Positions 51,165 through 59,765 of a stretch of DNA of 64,000 nt are shown one piece after another. The notes under the pieces were generated by a model. That model was not told where the DNA came from, did no database searches, and saw nothing but the letters and a program-made list of their open reading frames with translations. How positions within the stretch are numbered: the stretch's first letter is position 1; every line of letters starts with the position of its first letter. The DNA comes from Acidobacteriota bacterium (GTDB lineage: Bacteria > Acidobacteriota > Thermoanaerobaculia > Multivoradales > UBA5704), in the NCBI GenBank assembly GCA_040005235.1, contig JBDTZG010000006.1, forward strand, positions 32,001 to 96,000. The letters are read 5' to 3'. The translations under genes and the position numbers were made by a program.

Positions 51165-52616
51165 ATGACGGTTCAGTCGCCCCCTTCGCTCGACATCGCC
51201 GAGAATCTCGGGGAGCTGCGCACGCTCCTCGGTGCCCGGCTGCTTACCGAAGATTCGATTCTCGACAGTTTCCGCTCCGACTTTGGCCGGATGGTTGAGC
51301 GGCGTCCGGCCGCGGTCGCGCAGTGCACGACTTCGGCCGAAGTGGCCGAAGTCGTCCGTTTCTGCCGCCGGAATGCGATCGCGCTCGCACCCCGTGGCCA
51401 GGGCCACACCCAGACCGGCCAGGCCACGACCGAGGGTGGAATCGTCCTCGACACCGCCCTCTTGAATACCATCTACGAAATCGACGCCAAGGGTCTCTTC
51501 GCCGACTGCGGCGCCGGAGTGGTCTGGCGCGATCTGGTGAAAGAGTCGATCGACCGCGGACTCATCCCGCCAACGCTCACCAACAACCTAGGGGTGACGG
51601 TAGCCGGCACCACCTCCATGGCCGGTTTGGGCGTCGCGAGCTTCCGGAACGGTTCGCAGGCCGACAACGCGATCGAGATCGAGGTGGTGACGGGCGAGGG
51701 CGAGATCGTCGTCTGCTCGCACGAGAAGAACCGCGAGCTGTTCGACGCCGTTCGCTGCACGCTCGGCCAGATCGGCATCATCACCCGGGTGAAGACCCGC
51801 CTTCGGCCCGCCAAGCCGACCGTGCGCCAGTACAGCCTGGTCTACGACGACCTCGGCGCCTTCATGGCCGACGCGAAAAAGGTGATGGACGGGACGACGT
51901 TCGCCAGCATGGGCGGCATCTGTTCGCCCGCGCCGCTCGGTTTCCGCCGCATCGGCGAAGGGATGGAGCCGGGGGTCGGCGTGGTCGGCTTCGGCCACTG
52001 GATCTTCCCGATGTTCCTGACCATCGAGTTCGGCCCCGGCGAAGAGCCGGACGACGACCAGGCGCTCGCCGAGCTATCGCCCTACCGGATCGCCCACATC
52101 GAGGACGCCACGCTGTTCGATTTCTGCCAGCGGATGGAGCCGATGTTCGCGATCTGGCGCCGCACCGGCTACTGGGATCACACTCACCCCTGGATGGAGA
52201 CGATCCTCCCTTGGGACGGCGCCAGGGAATACATCGAGATGATCCTCGCCAACCTCCCCCCCGCGGCGCTCGGCTTGGGCGGCCACGTCCTTCTCTGGCC
52301 GTCGCGCACCGACTGCTCCGAGGTGCCGTACTTCATGCATCCGGGGGGAGACTACGTCCTCGGCTGGGGCGTGCTCGGCGGAATGCCCAAAGAGCCGGCG
52401 GACTTCTACGAGAAATACCTCCAGAACCTCGATTTCGCGAGCGAGCTGTCGATCCACCAGTTCGGCGGCAAGCGCTACCTCTCGGGCTACATCACCTTCG
52501 ACTCGGCCGAGCGCTGGGCGCTCCACTACGGCGACCAGTGGGAGCCGCTCAAGGCCGCGAAGAAGAAGTACGACCCCGACGGCATCCTCGCGCCGGGCTT
52601 CATCGTTTGGGAGTAG
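51165..52616 (+). CDS. FAD-linked oxidoreductase (VAO family), cytokinin-dehydrogenase-like
   Basis: RGQGHTQTGQA covalent-FAD His motif, LGQIGIIT, HPW, KKKYDPDGILAPG. GGAGG RBS. Confidence 0.8.
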   Translation: MTVQSPPSLDIAENLGELRTLLGARLLTEDSILDSFRSDFGRMVERRPAAVAQCTTSAEVAEVVRFCRRNAIALAPRGQGHTQTGQATTEGGIVLDTALLNTIYEIDAKGLFADCGAGVVWRDLVKESIDRGLIPPTLTNNLGVTVAGTTSMAGLGVASFRNGSQADNAIEIEVVTGEGEIVVCSHEKNRELFDAVRCTLGQIGIITRVKTRLRPAKPTVRQYSLVYDDLGAFMADAKKVMDGTTFASMGGICSPAPLGFRRIGEGMEPGVGVVGFGHWIFPMFLTIEFGPGEEPDDDQALAELSPYRIAHIEDATLFDFCQRMEPMFAIWRRTGYWDHTHPWMETILPWDGAREYIEMILANLPPAALGLGGHVLLWPSRTDCSEVPYFMHPGGDYVLGWGVLGGMPKEPADFYEKYLQNLDFASELSIHQFGGKRYLSGYITFDSAERWALHYGDQWEPLKAAKKKYDPDGILAPGFIVWE

Positions 52617-52706
52617 GGGCGGGCGCAACCCCCGCGAGCGATTGAAGCCCCTCGCGGGTTGCGGTCCCCACCACCCGAGGCGCGGCCACCACTCCGCCCG
52701 CTCCGC

Positions 52707-53105
52707 GGAAAGTTCCTGGGGCTCCACGGAATGTTCCTGAGGTCCAGAGGAAAACTCCTGAGGTCGCGAGGAATGTTCCGGAACACCGGAGGAGCATTCC
52801 TGAGATCAAGCGGAACGTTCCTGAGTTTCAGGGGAATGTTCCTGAGTATCAGCGGAGCATTCCTGCCAAAGCACGGAACGTTCCGTAGCGCTAGGAGAAC
52901 ATTCCTGAGATTTAGAGGAATGTTCCTGTGCCTTAACGGAGTATTCCTGAGATTCAGCGGAACATTCCTGAGAACCAGAGGAATATTCCTGAGCACCAGC
53001 AGAGCATTCCGGAGCTTCAGAGGAGTTTTCCTCCGGTCCAGTGGAGCATTCCGCGCGCCAAACGGAGTATTCCTCTCATCCTGCGGAGCGTTCCGTGCAC
53101 CCGGC
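52707..53105. repeat. tandem array of 19 x 21-bp units with palindromic core (GGARYRTTCC) and variable spacer
   Basis: Units start every 21 nt from 52707 (52728, 52749 ... 53085) with no indels, e.g. GGAATGTTCCTGAGGTCCAGA, GGAACGTTCCTGAGTTTCAGG, GGAATATTCCTGAGCACCAGC. Confidence 0.93.
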
Positions 53106-53190
53106 GGAGCGGGTTTTGCGGTCTCAACACTGCTGTGGCCACCGGAAACAGCGGTTTCCGCCTCCGCGACGCCCCCGGTCTCACCCTATC

Positions 53191-53219
53191 CCCAGGTGCC
53201 GCGAGACGCCGCACCTGGG
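53191..53219. other. stem-loop between the array and the nuclease gene
   Basis: CCCAGGTGC-cgcgagacgcc-GCACCTGGG 9-bp perfect stem. Confidence 0.5.
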
Positions 53220-53453
53220 ACCCGGCCCGATCCGGCGCTTCGCACGCTTCGAGTTGGAGCGATTCGGACCAACCGGGCGAACTGCACAGCCTTTTGAGCA
53301 GCCTTTCGGAGTAATCTTCCCTGTATCGCTGTCTTCGAACCGTCACCGCGCTGCCGTGCGCGGGTGAAAGAATTCGCGGGCCGCTCCCTCCGGAAGGGGG
53401 CTGTCCGCACCCGGAACTTCGATTCGAGTCCTCGCCTGGGGAGAGAACCTCAC

Positions 53454-56400
53454 ATGCTCAAATTCCGCACTCTGCCGTTCCTCGCCCTTGTTGGCTTGGC
53501 TTTTGTCGTCGTTTTGCAGCCTGCCGACGCCCAGTGCGTCAGCTTGACCACTCTGGGATCGGCCGTCACCCAGAACTTCGACACCCTGTCGAACACAGCC
53601 GGGAGCACGACCAACAACCTGACCATCACGGGTTGGTTCCTGACCGAGTCGGGGGGCGGTGCGCGCGACAACGAGCAGTATGCGGTCGACAACGGTGGCA
53701 GCGGCACGGGAGACACGTACAGTTACGGAACGACGGCTGCCACCGACCGCGCTCTGGGCAGCCTTCGCTCCGGCACGCTGATCCCGATCTTCGGCTCCTG
53801 TTTCACCAACAACACGGGTGCCACGATTGGCAACCTGGCGATCGCCTATACCGGTGAGGAGTGGCGCCTGGGAACGGCCGCACGGACCGACCAGATCAAT
53901 TTCGAATACAGCACCGATGCGACCGACCTGGTGACCGGCACCTGGACCGGCGTCGCCGCTCTGAACTTCGTCACCCCCGTCACCGCCACGACCGGAGCGA
54001 AAGACGGCAACTTGGCCGCCAACCGGACGGCGCTCTCCAGCACGATCTCCTCCCTTTCGATCGCCAACGGCGCGACCTTCTGGATTCGCTGGATCGATAC
54101 CGACGCGACCGGCGCGGACGACGGCCTGTCGGCCGACGATTTCTCACTCACGCCGACCGGCACGGTGGTGCTGCCCAACCTGACGGTCAACGACGTTTCG
54201 TTGAACGAGGGGAACGCAGGCACGACGAGCTTCACGTTCACCGTCAGCCTGTCAGCCCCGGCCGGCGCGGGGGGCGTGACCTTCGACATCGCGACCGCGG
54301 ACGGCACGGCGACCCAGCCCTCCGATTACACGCAGATGTCGCTCACCGGCCAGACGATCTCGGCGGGCAACTCGACCTATAGCTTCAGCGTCCTGGTCAA
54401 CGGTGATCTCACGCCGGAGACCAACGAGACTTTCTTCGTCAACGTCACCAACGTGACCGGCGCGACCCCCACGGACCCCCAGGGCCAGGGAACAATCGTC
54501 AATGACGATGCGGCACCGAACCTGACAATCAACGATGTCTCCTTGAACGAGGGGAACGCCGGAACGACGAGCTTTATCTTCACCGTCAGTCTGTCCATGC
54601 CGGCGCCGGCCGGTGGCGTGACGTTCGACATCGCGACCGCTAACGGAACGGCAACCCAGCCCTCCGATTACACCCAGAAGTCGCTGCTTGCCCAGACGAT
54701 TCCGGCGGGCAGCTCCACCTACAGCTTCACCGTTCTGGTCAACGGCGATACCACCCCGGAGGTCGACGAGACCTTTTTCGTCAACGTGACCAACGTGACG
54801 AACGCGATCGTCATCGACGGTCAAGGCCAGGGCACGATCGTCAACGACGATCTGAGCTTCATCCACGACGTGCAGGGCGCGGGCGCGGCGACGCCGATTC
54901 CGGGTGCCACGGTCACGGTCGAGGGAGTCGTGGTCGCCAATTTCCAGGGCACGGGCAAGCTGGGAGGGTTCTTTCTGGAGGAGGAAGACACCGACGCCGA
55001 CGCCAATCCGGCGACCTCGGAAGGCATCTTCATCTTCTGCGCCGGCTGCCCGACGGCAGTGGCGGAGGGGCAGCGGGTCAAGACCACCGGAACCGTATCC
55101 GAGTTCTCCGGCATGACCGAGATCACGGCGACCACCGCGGGCTCGGTGGTCATCACCAACGCCGGCAACAATCTCGCGCAGGTCACTCCGGCGTCGATCG
55201 ATCTGCCGATCGTCGGCGTCGTCGACGATTATTACGAGGCGCGCGAAGGGATGAAGGTGACGTTCGTCGACTCGCTCACGGTGTCCGAGTATTTCGAGCT
55301 CGGGCGCTATGGCCAGATCATCCTTTACGAGGGCGGCAGGCCGCGCCAGTTCACCGAGGCCAACGCGCCCAGCGTGGCCGGCAACGCCGCATGGGCCGAC
55401 ACCCTTTCGCGTCGCAAGGTCACCCTCGACGATGAGAACAACGCGCAGGAGTGGTACCTGACGACGTCTAGCCCGCCCGGGCCGGCCGATGGCCTTCAGT
55501 ACGTCTACTATCCGCGCGCCAACGGCGGCTTTTCGGTCGGAACCCAAGGGGTCGACTTCTTCCGCGGCGGCGACCTGGTCAACGGGCTGACTGGCGTCCT
55601 CCATTGGGATTTCCCCGGTCTGGGCGCAAGCACTTGGCGCATTCGGCCTACCAGCGCCAACCCGGCAACCTTCACCGTCGCCAACCCGCGCCCGGCATCG
55701 CCGCCTGCGGAAGGCGGCGCCATCCGGGCTGTCGGAATGAACCTCCTCAACTACTTCACGACCATCGACACCACTTCCAGCAACACAACCGGTCCCTGTT
55801 CCCCGAGCGGTACCCTGGACTGTCGCGGTGCCGACAGCGTCGCCGAGCTCAACCGGCAGCGGGCGCGAGCGGCGATCGTCATTTGCACGCTGAACGCCGA
55901 TGTCTACGGCTTCGCCGAGCTGGAGAACACGACCCCGAGCGCCTCGATCACCGACCTGCTGGGGGCCGTGAACACCCTCTGCGGCGGCACTCATCCGTAC
56001 GCCTTCGCCAATACCGGCGGTACGCTCGGCACCGACGCCATCCGGGTGCAGCAGATCTACCGCACCGGCATCGTGTCGCCGGTCGGCTCGCCCCTCGTCG
56101 ACCTCGACCCGGTCCACAGCCGGCCGCCGACCGCCCAGATTTATGACGTGACCGATGCCACGAACCCGGCTTTCGGTCAGCGCTTCACGGTGATCGTCAG
56201 CCACTTCAAGTCCAAGGGTTCGAGCGCCGGCCTGCCCGGCGATGCCGACGCAGGAGATGGCGCCGGGTTCTCCAACGCCACGCGGACGGCGCAGGCCAAC
56301 CGACTGCTCACCTGGATCTCCGGCACTGTGCTCCCGGCCGCCGGCGACCCGGATGTCCTGCTCCTCGGCGACTTCAACGCCTACGCGAAGGAGGATCCGG

Positions 56401-58619
56401 TCAACGCCCTGATCGCCGGCGGGTATACGGATCTCGAGACGCTCTTCCACGGCGCGAATGCCTACTCGTACCTCTTCGACGGTCAGCTGGGCCATCTCGA
56501 CTACGGTTTTGCGAGCGCCTCTCTGCTGCCGCAAGTCACCGGCGCCGACGCCTGGCACATCAATGCCGACGAGGTGGATCTCTTCGACTACAACGACGAG
56601 ATCCGCGACAGCCCGGGCGAGGCGGCGTTCGAGGAGAAGCCGGACGGCTCGGCCCTCGTTCCGCCGCGGGTCGTGTTTCAGGCCGGCACGCCGTACCGTG
56701 CCTCGGACCACGATCCGGTCCTGGTCGGCCTCTTCCTCGTCGCCGACCTTTCGATCACCAAGACCGATTCGCCCGACCCGGTCACCGCCGGCAACAACCT
56801 GACCTACACGATCACGGTCAACAATAACGGGCCGGACGCCGCCTCGACGGTCTCCTGGTCCGACACCTTGCCGGCGGGGACGACGTTCGTCTCGCAGCCC
56901 GCCGTCGCCGGCTGGTCCTGCACCACACCGTCGGTCGGCGCGGGCGGCACGGTCACCTGCTCGAACCCCTCGTTCGCGGTCGGCAGCGCGATCTTCACCC
57001 TGACGGTGAAGGTCGGGGCGGGCGTCGCCGGAGGAACCGTGCTCTCGAACACGGCGACCATCACCTCGGCGACCGGCGATCCGTCGTCGGGCAACAACAG
57101 CTCCACGACCACCACCACGGTGGCGGCTTCGGCCGATCTGTCGATCACCAAGACCGATGGGGTGACGACCGTCACCCCCGGCGGCAGCACGACGTACACG
57201 ATCACGGCGACCAACGCCGCCGGACCTTCGAGCACGACGGCGACGGTGGCCGACACGTTCCCCGCTGCGCTCACCTGCAACTGGACCTGCGTCGGGGCGG
57301 GCGGTGGAGTTTGCACCGCGGCGGGAGCCGGCAACATCAGCGATGCGGTGACTCTGCCGGTCGGTGGTTCGGTCACCTACACCGCGGCCTGCGCGATTTC
57401 GGCCGCGGCGACCGGCTCGCTCGTCAACACGGCGACGGTCACCAGCGCGTCCGATTCGAACCCGGGCAACAACAGCGCGACCGACACCGACACCCTCCTC
57501 GGCCAGTCCGACATCGCGGTGGCGAAGACCGTCAACAACGCGTCCCCGGGCCTCGGCACGAACGTAATCTTCACGGTCACCGCGATCAACAACGGCCCGT
57601 CGGATGCGAGCGGCGTCAAGGTGAACGACCTGCTTCCGGTAGGCCTGACGTTCGTCTCCGGCGTCGCCTCGTCGGGAAGCTACGTCAACACGACGGGCGT
57701 CTGGACCATCGGCTCGCTCGCCAACGGAGCCACCGCGACCCTCACGCTGACCGCGACGGTCAATCGGGCGCAGACCCAGGTCAACCAGGCCACCTCGACC
57801 GGTCAAGGTGCAGTGGACACCCAGGGCAACAACAACACGGCCACGGTCCGGTTGAACGGCATGCCGCTGATCGACATCCAGGTCGGCCAGACGGTGAACA
57901 ATGGCACTCCCGCGGTGAGCCAGAACGTCGTCTTCACGGTCACGGCCAAGAACCTTGGACCGGCGACCGCGAACGGGGTGATCCTCAACAGCAACCTCCC
58001 GGCGGGCTTGAGCTTCGTCTCCTCCGCGCCGTCGCAGGGCAGCTACACCCCGGGCACCGGAGCTTGGAGCGTCGGTACGCTGGCCTCGGGGGCGACCGCC
58101 ACGCTGTCGCTTACGATGACCAACACGGTGGCGACCCAGCAGGTCCAAACGTTCACCAAAACGTCATCGACCGAGCAGGACCTGGTCACCGGCAACGACG
58201 CGGCGAGCGTGGTGCTCAATCCGTCGGCCGCCTTCGCCGACCTCGCGATCACCAAGATCACCACCCAGGAACCGGTGGGAGTGAGCCTCAACTTCAACTA
58301 CGTGATCGTGGTCACGGACCTGAGCGCGGGGACTGCGACGGGAGTCACCGTGACCGACACCCTGCCGGCAGGAGTCACCCTCGTCTCGGCGGTGCCGAGC
58401 CAGGGAAGCTGCTCCGGTACGACGACCGTCACCTGCACCTTGGGGACGCTCCTCGGAGGAACCAGCGCCACGATCGACATGACGGTGACCAAGATCGTCG
58501 GCGGATCCGTGGCAAACACCGCCTCGGTTTCTGGCGCTCAGAGCGACCCGAACCCGGCCAACAACACCAACGCGGTCACGACCACTCCGGTCACGCTGTT
58601 GGGCTTCGAGGTGGAGTGA
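53454..58619 (+). CDS. large secreted ExeM/NucH-family endonuclease with two Calx-beta and several DUF11-like Ig repeats
   Basis: Signal peptide, two NDVSLNEGNAGTT..ETFFVNV Calx-beta repeats, OB-fold TVEGVV..SEGIFIF, EEP motifs NLLNYF, HFKSKG, GDFNAY, LDY, SDHDP, then DLSITKT-type repeats. Confidence 0.92.
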   Translation: MLKFRTLPFLALVGLAFVVVLQPADAQCVSLTTLGSAVTQNFDTLSNTAGSTTNNLTITGWFLTESGGGARDNEQYAVDNGGSGTGDTYSYGTTAATDRALGSLRSGTLIPIFGSCFTNNTGATIGNLAIAYTGEEWRLGTAARTDQINFEYSTDATDLVTGTWTGVAALNFVTPVTATTGAKDGNLAANRTALSSTISSLSIANGATFWIRWIDTDATGADDGLSADDFSLTPTGTVVLPNLTVNDVSLNEGNAGTTSFTFTVSLSAPAGAGGVTFDIATADGTATQPSDYTQMSLTGQTISAGNSTYSFSVLVNGDLTPETNETFFVNVTNVTGATPTDPQGQGTIVNDDAAPNLTINDVSLNEGNAGTTSFIFTVSLSMPAPAGGVTFDIATANGTATQPSDYTQKSLLAQTIPAGSSTYSFTVLVNGDTTPEVDETFFVNVTNVTNAIVIDGQGQGTIVNDDLSFIHDVQGAGAATPIPGATVTVEGVVVANFQGTGKLGGFFLEEEDTDADANPATSEGIFIFCAGCPTAVAEGQRVKTTGTVSEFSGMTEITATTAGSVVITNAGNNLAQVTPASIDLPIVGVVDDYYEAREGMKVTFVDSLTVSEYFELGRYGQIILYEGGRPRQFTEANAPSVAGNAAWADTLSRRKVTLDDENNAQEWYLTTSSPPGPADGLQYVYYPRANGGFSVGTQGVDFFRGGDLVNGLTGVLHWDFPGLGASTWRIRPTSANPATFTVANPRPASPPAEGGAIRAVGMNLLNYFTTIDTTSSNTTGPCSPSGTLDCRGADSVAELNRQRARAAIVICTLNADVYGFAELENTTPSASITDLLGAVNTLCGGTHPYAFANTGGTLGTDAIRVQQIYRTGIVSPVGSPLVDLDPVHSRPPTAQIYDVTDATNPAFGQRFTVIVSHFKSKGSSAGLPGDADAGDGAGFSNATRTAQANRLLTWISGTVLPAAGDPDVLLLGDFNAYAKEDPVNALIAGGYTDLETLFHGANAYSYLFDGQLGHLDYGFASASLLPQVTGADAWHINADEVDLFDYNDEIRDSPGEAAFEEKPDGSALVPPRVVFQAGTPYRASDHDPVLVGLFLVADLSITKTDSPDPVTAGNNLTYTITVNNNGPDAASTVSWSDTLPAGTTFVSQPAVAGWSCTTPSVGAGGTVTCSNPSFAVGSAIFTLTVKVGAGVAGGTVLSNTATITSATGDPSSGNNSSTTTTTVAASADLSITKTDGVTTVTPGGSTTYTITATNAAGPSSTTATVADTFPAALTCNWTCVGAGGGVCTAAGAGNISDAVTLPVGGSVTYTAACAISAAATGSLVNTATVTSASDSNPGNNSATDTDTLLGQSDIAVAKTVNNASPGLGTNVIFTVTAINNGPSDASGVKVNDLLPVGLTFVSGVASSGSYVNTTGVWTIGSLANGATATLTLTATVNRAQTQVNQATSTGQGAVDTQGNNNTATVRLNGMPLIDIQVGQTVNNGTPAVSQNVVFTVTAKNLGPATANGVILNSNLPAGLSFVSSAPSQGSYTPGTGAWSVGTLASGATATLSLTMTNTVATQQVQTFTKTSSTEQDLVTGNDAASVVLNPSAAFADLAITKITTQEPVGVSLNFNYVIVVTDLSAGTATGVTVTDTLPAGVTLVSAVPSQGSCSGTTTVTCTLGTLLGGTSATIDMTVTKIVGGSVANTASVSGAQSDPNPANNTNAVTTTPVTLLGFEVE

Positions 58620-58637
58620 GCCGGCAGGAGTAGAACC

Positions 58638-58689
58638 AACGCCGTCCATCCAAGGCCGGTTCGCCGCCAGGCGAGCCGGCCTTTTTCGT
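58638..58689 (+). terminator. intrinsic terminator, copy 1 of a 52-bp direct repeat
   Basis: AAGGCCGGTTCGCC-gcca-GGCGAGCCGGCCTTTTT right after the nuclease stop. Confidence 0.85.
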
Positions 58690-58764
58690 AGAGAGAGACT
58701 TGCACCCGGTAGAAACCCGAAAGGCAATTCGTCTATCTCCTGATTCCGAGCTAGAATCTGCTTT

Positions 58765-59283
58765 ATGGCAAACGCCCTCCGTCTCGAAGATTTTCTACCC
58801 GCGACTCTTGAATCCCAAAATGAAACGGGAGAAGAGAAAAGCGACCTGACGGGTACCCAGGGAAGTAGAGCCGGAAACTTTCTGGCGGTACAACTGGAAT
58901 TCCTTCGGGCCGCCCGAAAGCTCCGAGAGTTCGCAGCCGAGTCTAAAGAGGGCGATCAGCGGTTCGAATCCGCGTTACAGCAGATGGTCGCGGAAGCGAC
59001 GGCGAAGGTTGCAAGAGGAGAAGCGCTCGATCTGACAGCCTCCGTTGAGGAACTCCGTACCGTTGAAGCTCGGTTGGAGAGCGCCTTGAAGGAGGCGGTG
59101 TCGACGTTCGGCGAGAATCGCAAATTCCCTCCGGCTGCCCAGATCATTGATGGCCTCAAGCGGAGATGCGAGCAAACGCGAGACGCACGATGGCAACTCC
59201 TGGCCCTTCGGGCAGAGTTCGAATCCGAATCGGGGTCGATGGTCGATAAGGCCGCAGACCTCGAAAAGATTCTCGCCGACTAA
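58765..59283 (+). CDS. hypothetical helical protein, probable antitoxin
   Basis: 172-aa acidic ORF ending 8 nt before a RelE-like toxin. TAGAAT lies 7 nt before the ATG. Confidence 0.6.
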   Translation: MANALRLEDFLPATLESQNETGEEKSDLTGTQGSRAGNFLAVQLEFLRAARKLREFAAESKEGDQRFESALQQMVAEATAKVARGEALDLTASVEELRTVEARLESALKEAVSTFGENRKFPPAAQIIDGLKRRCEQTRDARWQLLALRAEFESESGSMVDKAADLEKILAD

Positions 59284-59291
59284 ATTAAGCG

Positions 59292-59561
59292 ATGCCTCGC
59301 ATCAAAGTCGTACCGCGCTTTAAGAAGGCCTACAAGCGCTTGCCGCCGCCCGTCCAGGCAGCGGCTCAAAAAGCGCTGAGGACGCTGATCGACAACCCCC
59401 GGAACCGCGGGCTGAACCTAGAGGCGCTGAGCGGTCGTCCAGGCTCTTACTCGATCCGTGTCAATCGAAACTACCGCATTCTTCTCCAGCGGAAAGAAGA
59501 TCAGGAGGGTGAGTTCTTTTCGGTCGAAGACGTCGACACCCACGACATCTATAACCGGTGA
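59292..59561 (+). CDS. RelE/ParE-superfamily toxin
   Basis: RFKKAYKRLP, NPRNRGLNLEAL, YSIRVNRNYRIL, THDIY. Confidence 0.85.
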   Translation: MPRIKVVPRFKKAYKRLPPPVQAAAQKALRTLIDNPRNRGLNLEALSGRPGSYSIRVNRNYRILLQRKEDQEGEFFSVEDVDTHDIYNR

Positions 59562-59622
59562 GAGTGGGTCGCCGATCCCTTAGCCGACCGCCTTCTCCGC
59601 CGCCAAAGCGACAGTTAGGACG

Positions 59623-59674
59623 AACGCCATTCATCCAAGGCCGGCGCGTCGCGAGACGCGCCGGCCTTTTTCGT
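59623..59674 (+). terminator. intrinsic terminator, copy 2 of a 52-bp direct repeat
   Basis: AAGGCCGGCGCGTC-gcga-GACGCGCCGGCCTTTTT after the toxin gene. Confidence 0.85.
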
Positions 59675-59765
59675 GGGTAGGTTTGAGGGTAGTGCTTTTC
59701 CCGGGACCGCCGAGCACCAGCTCGGCGGTTTTGGCGATCTCAGGCGCCTCGGGGGTCGATCTGGT

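Noticed and set aside
52707-53105. CRISPR array interpretation of the 21-bp repeats
   Set aside because: Core (~10-12 bp) and variable part (~10 bp) are far too short, the cores are degenerate, and there are no cas genes in the window.
52659-53297. 212-aa plus-strand ORF and 156-aa minus-strand ORF (52526-52996) over the array as confident genes
   Set aside because: No RBS or convincing start, and openness can follow from the repeat. Coding is kept only as a hypothesis under findings.
54252-58148. 1298-aa minus-strand ORF
   Set aside because: Shadow ORF antisense to the nuclease gene, with Arg/Gly-rich composition typical of GC-rich off-frames.
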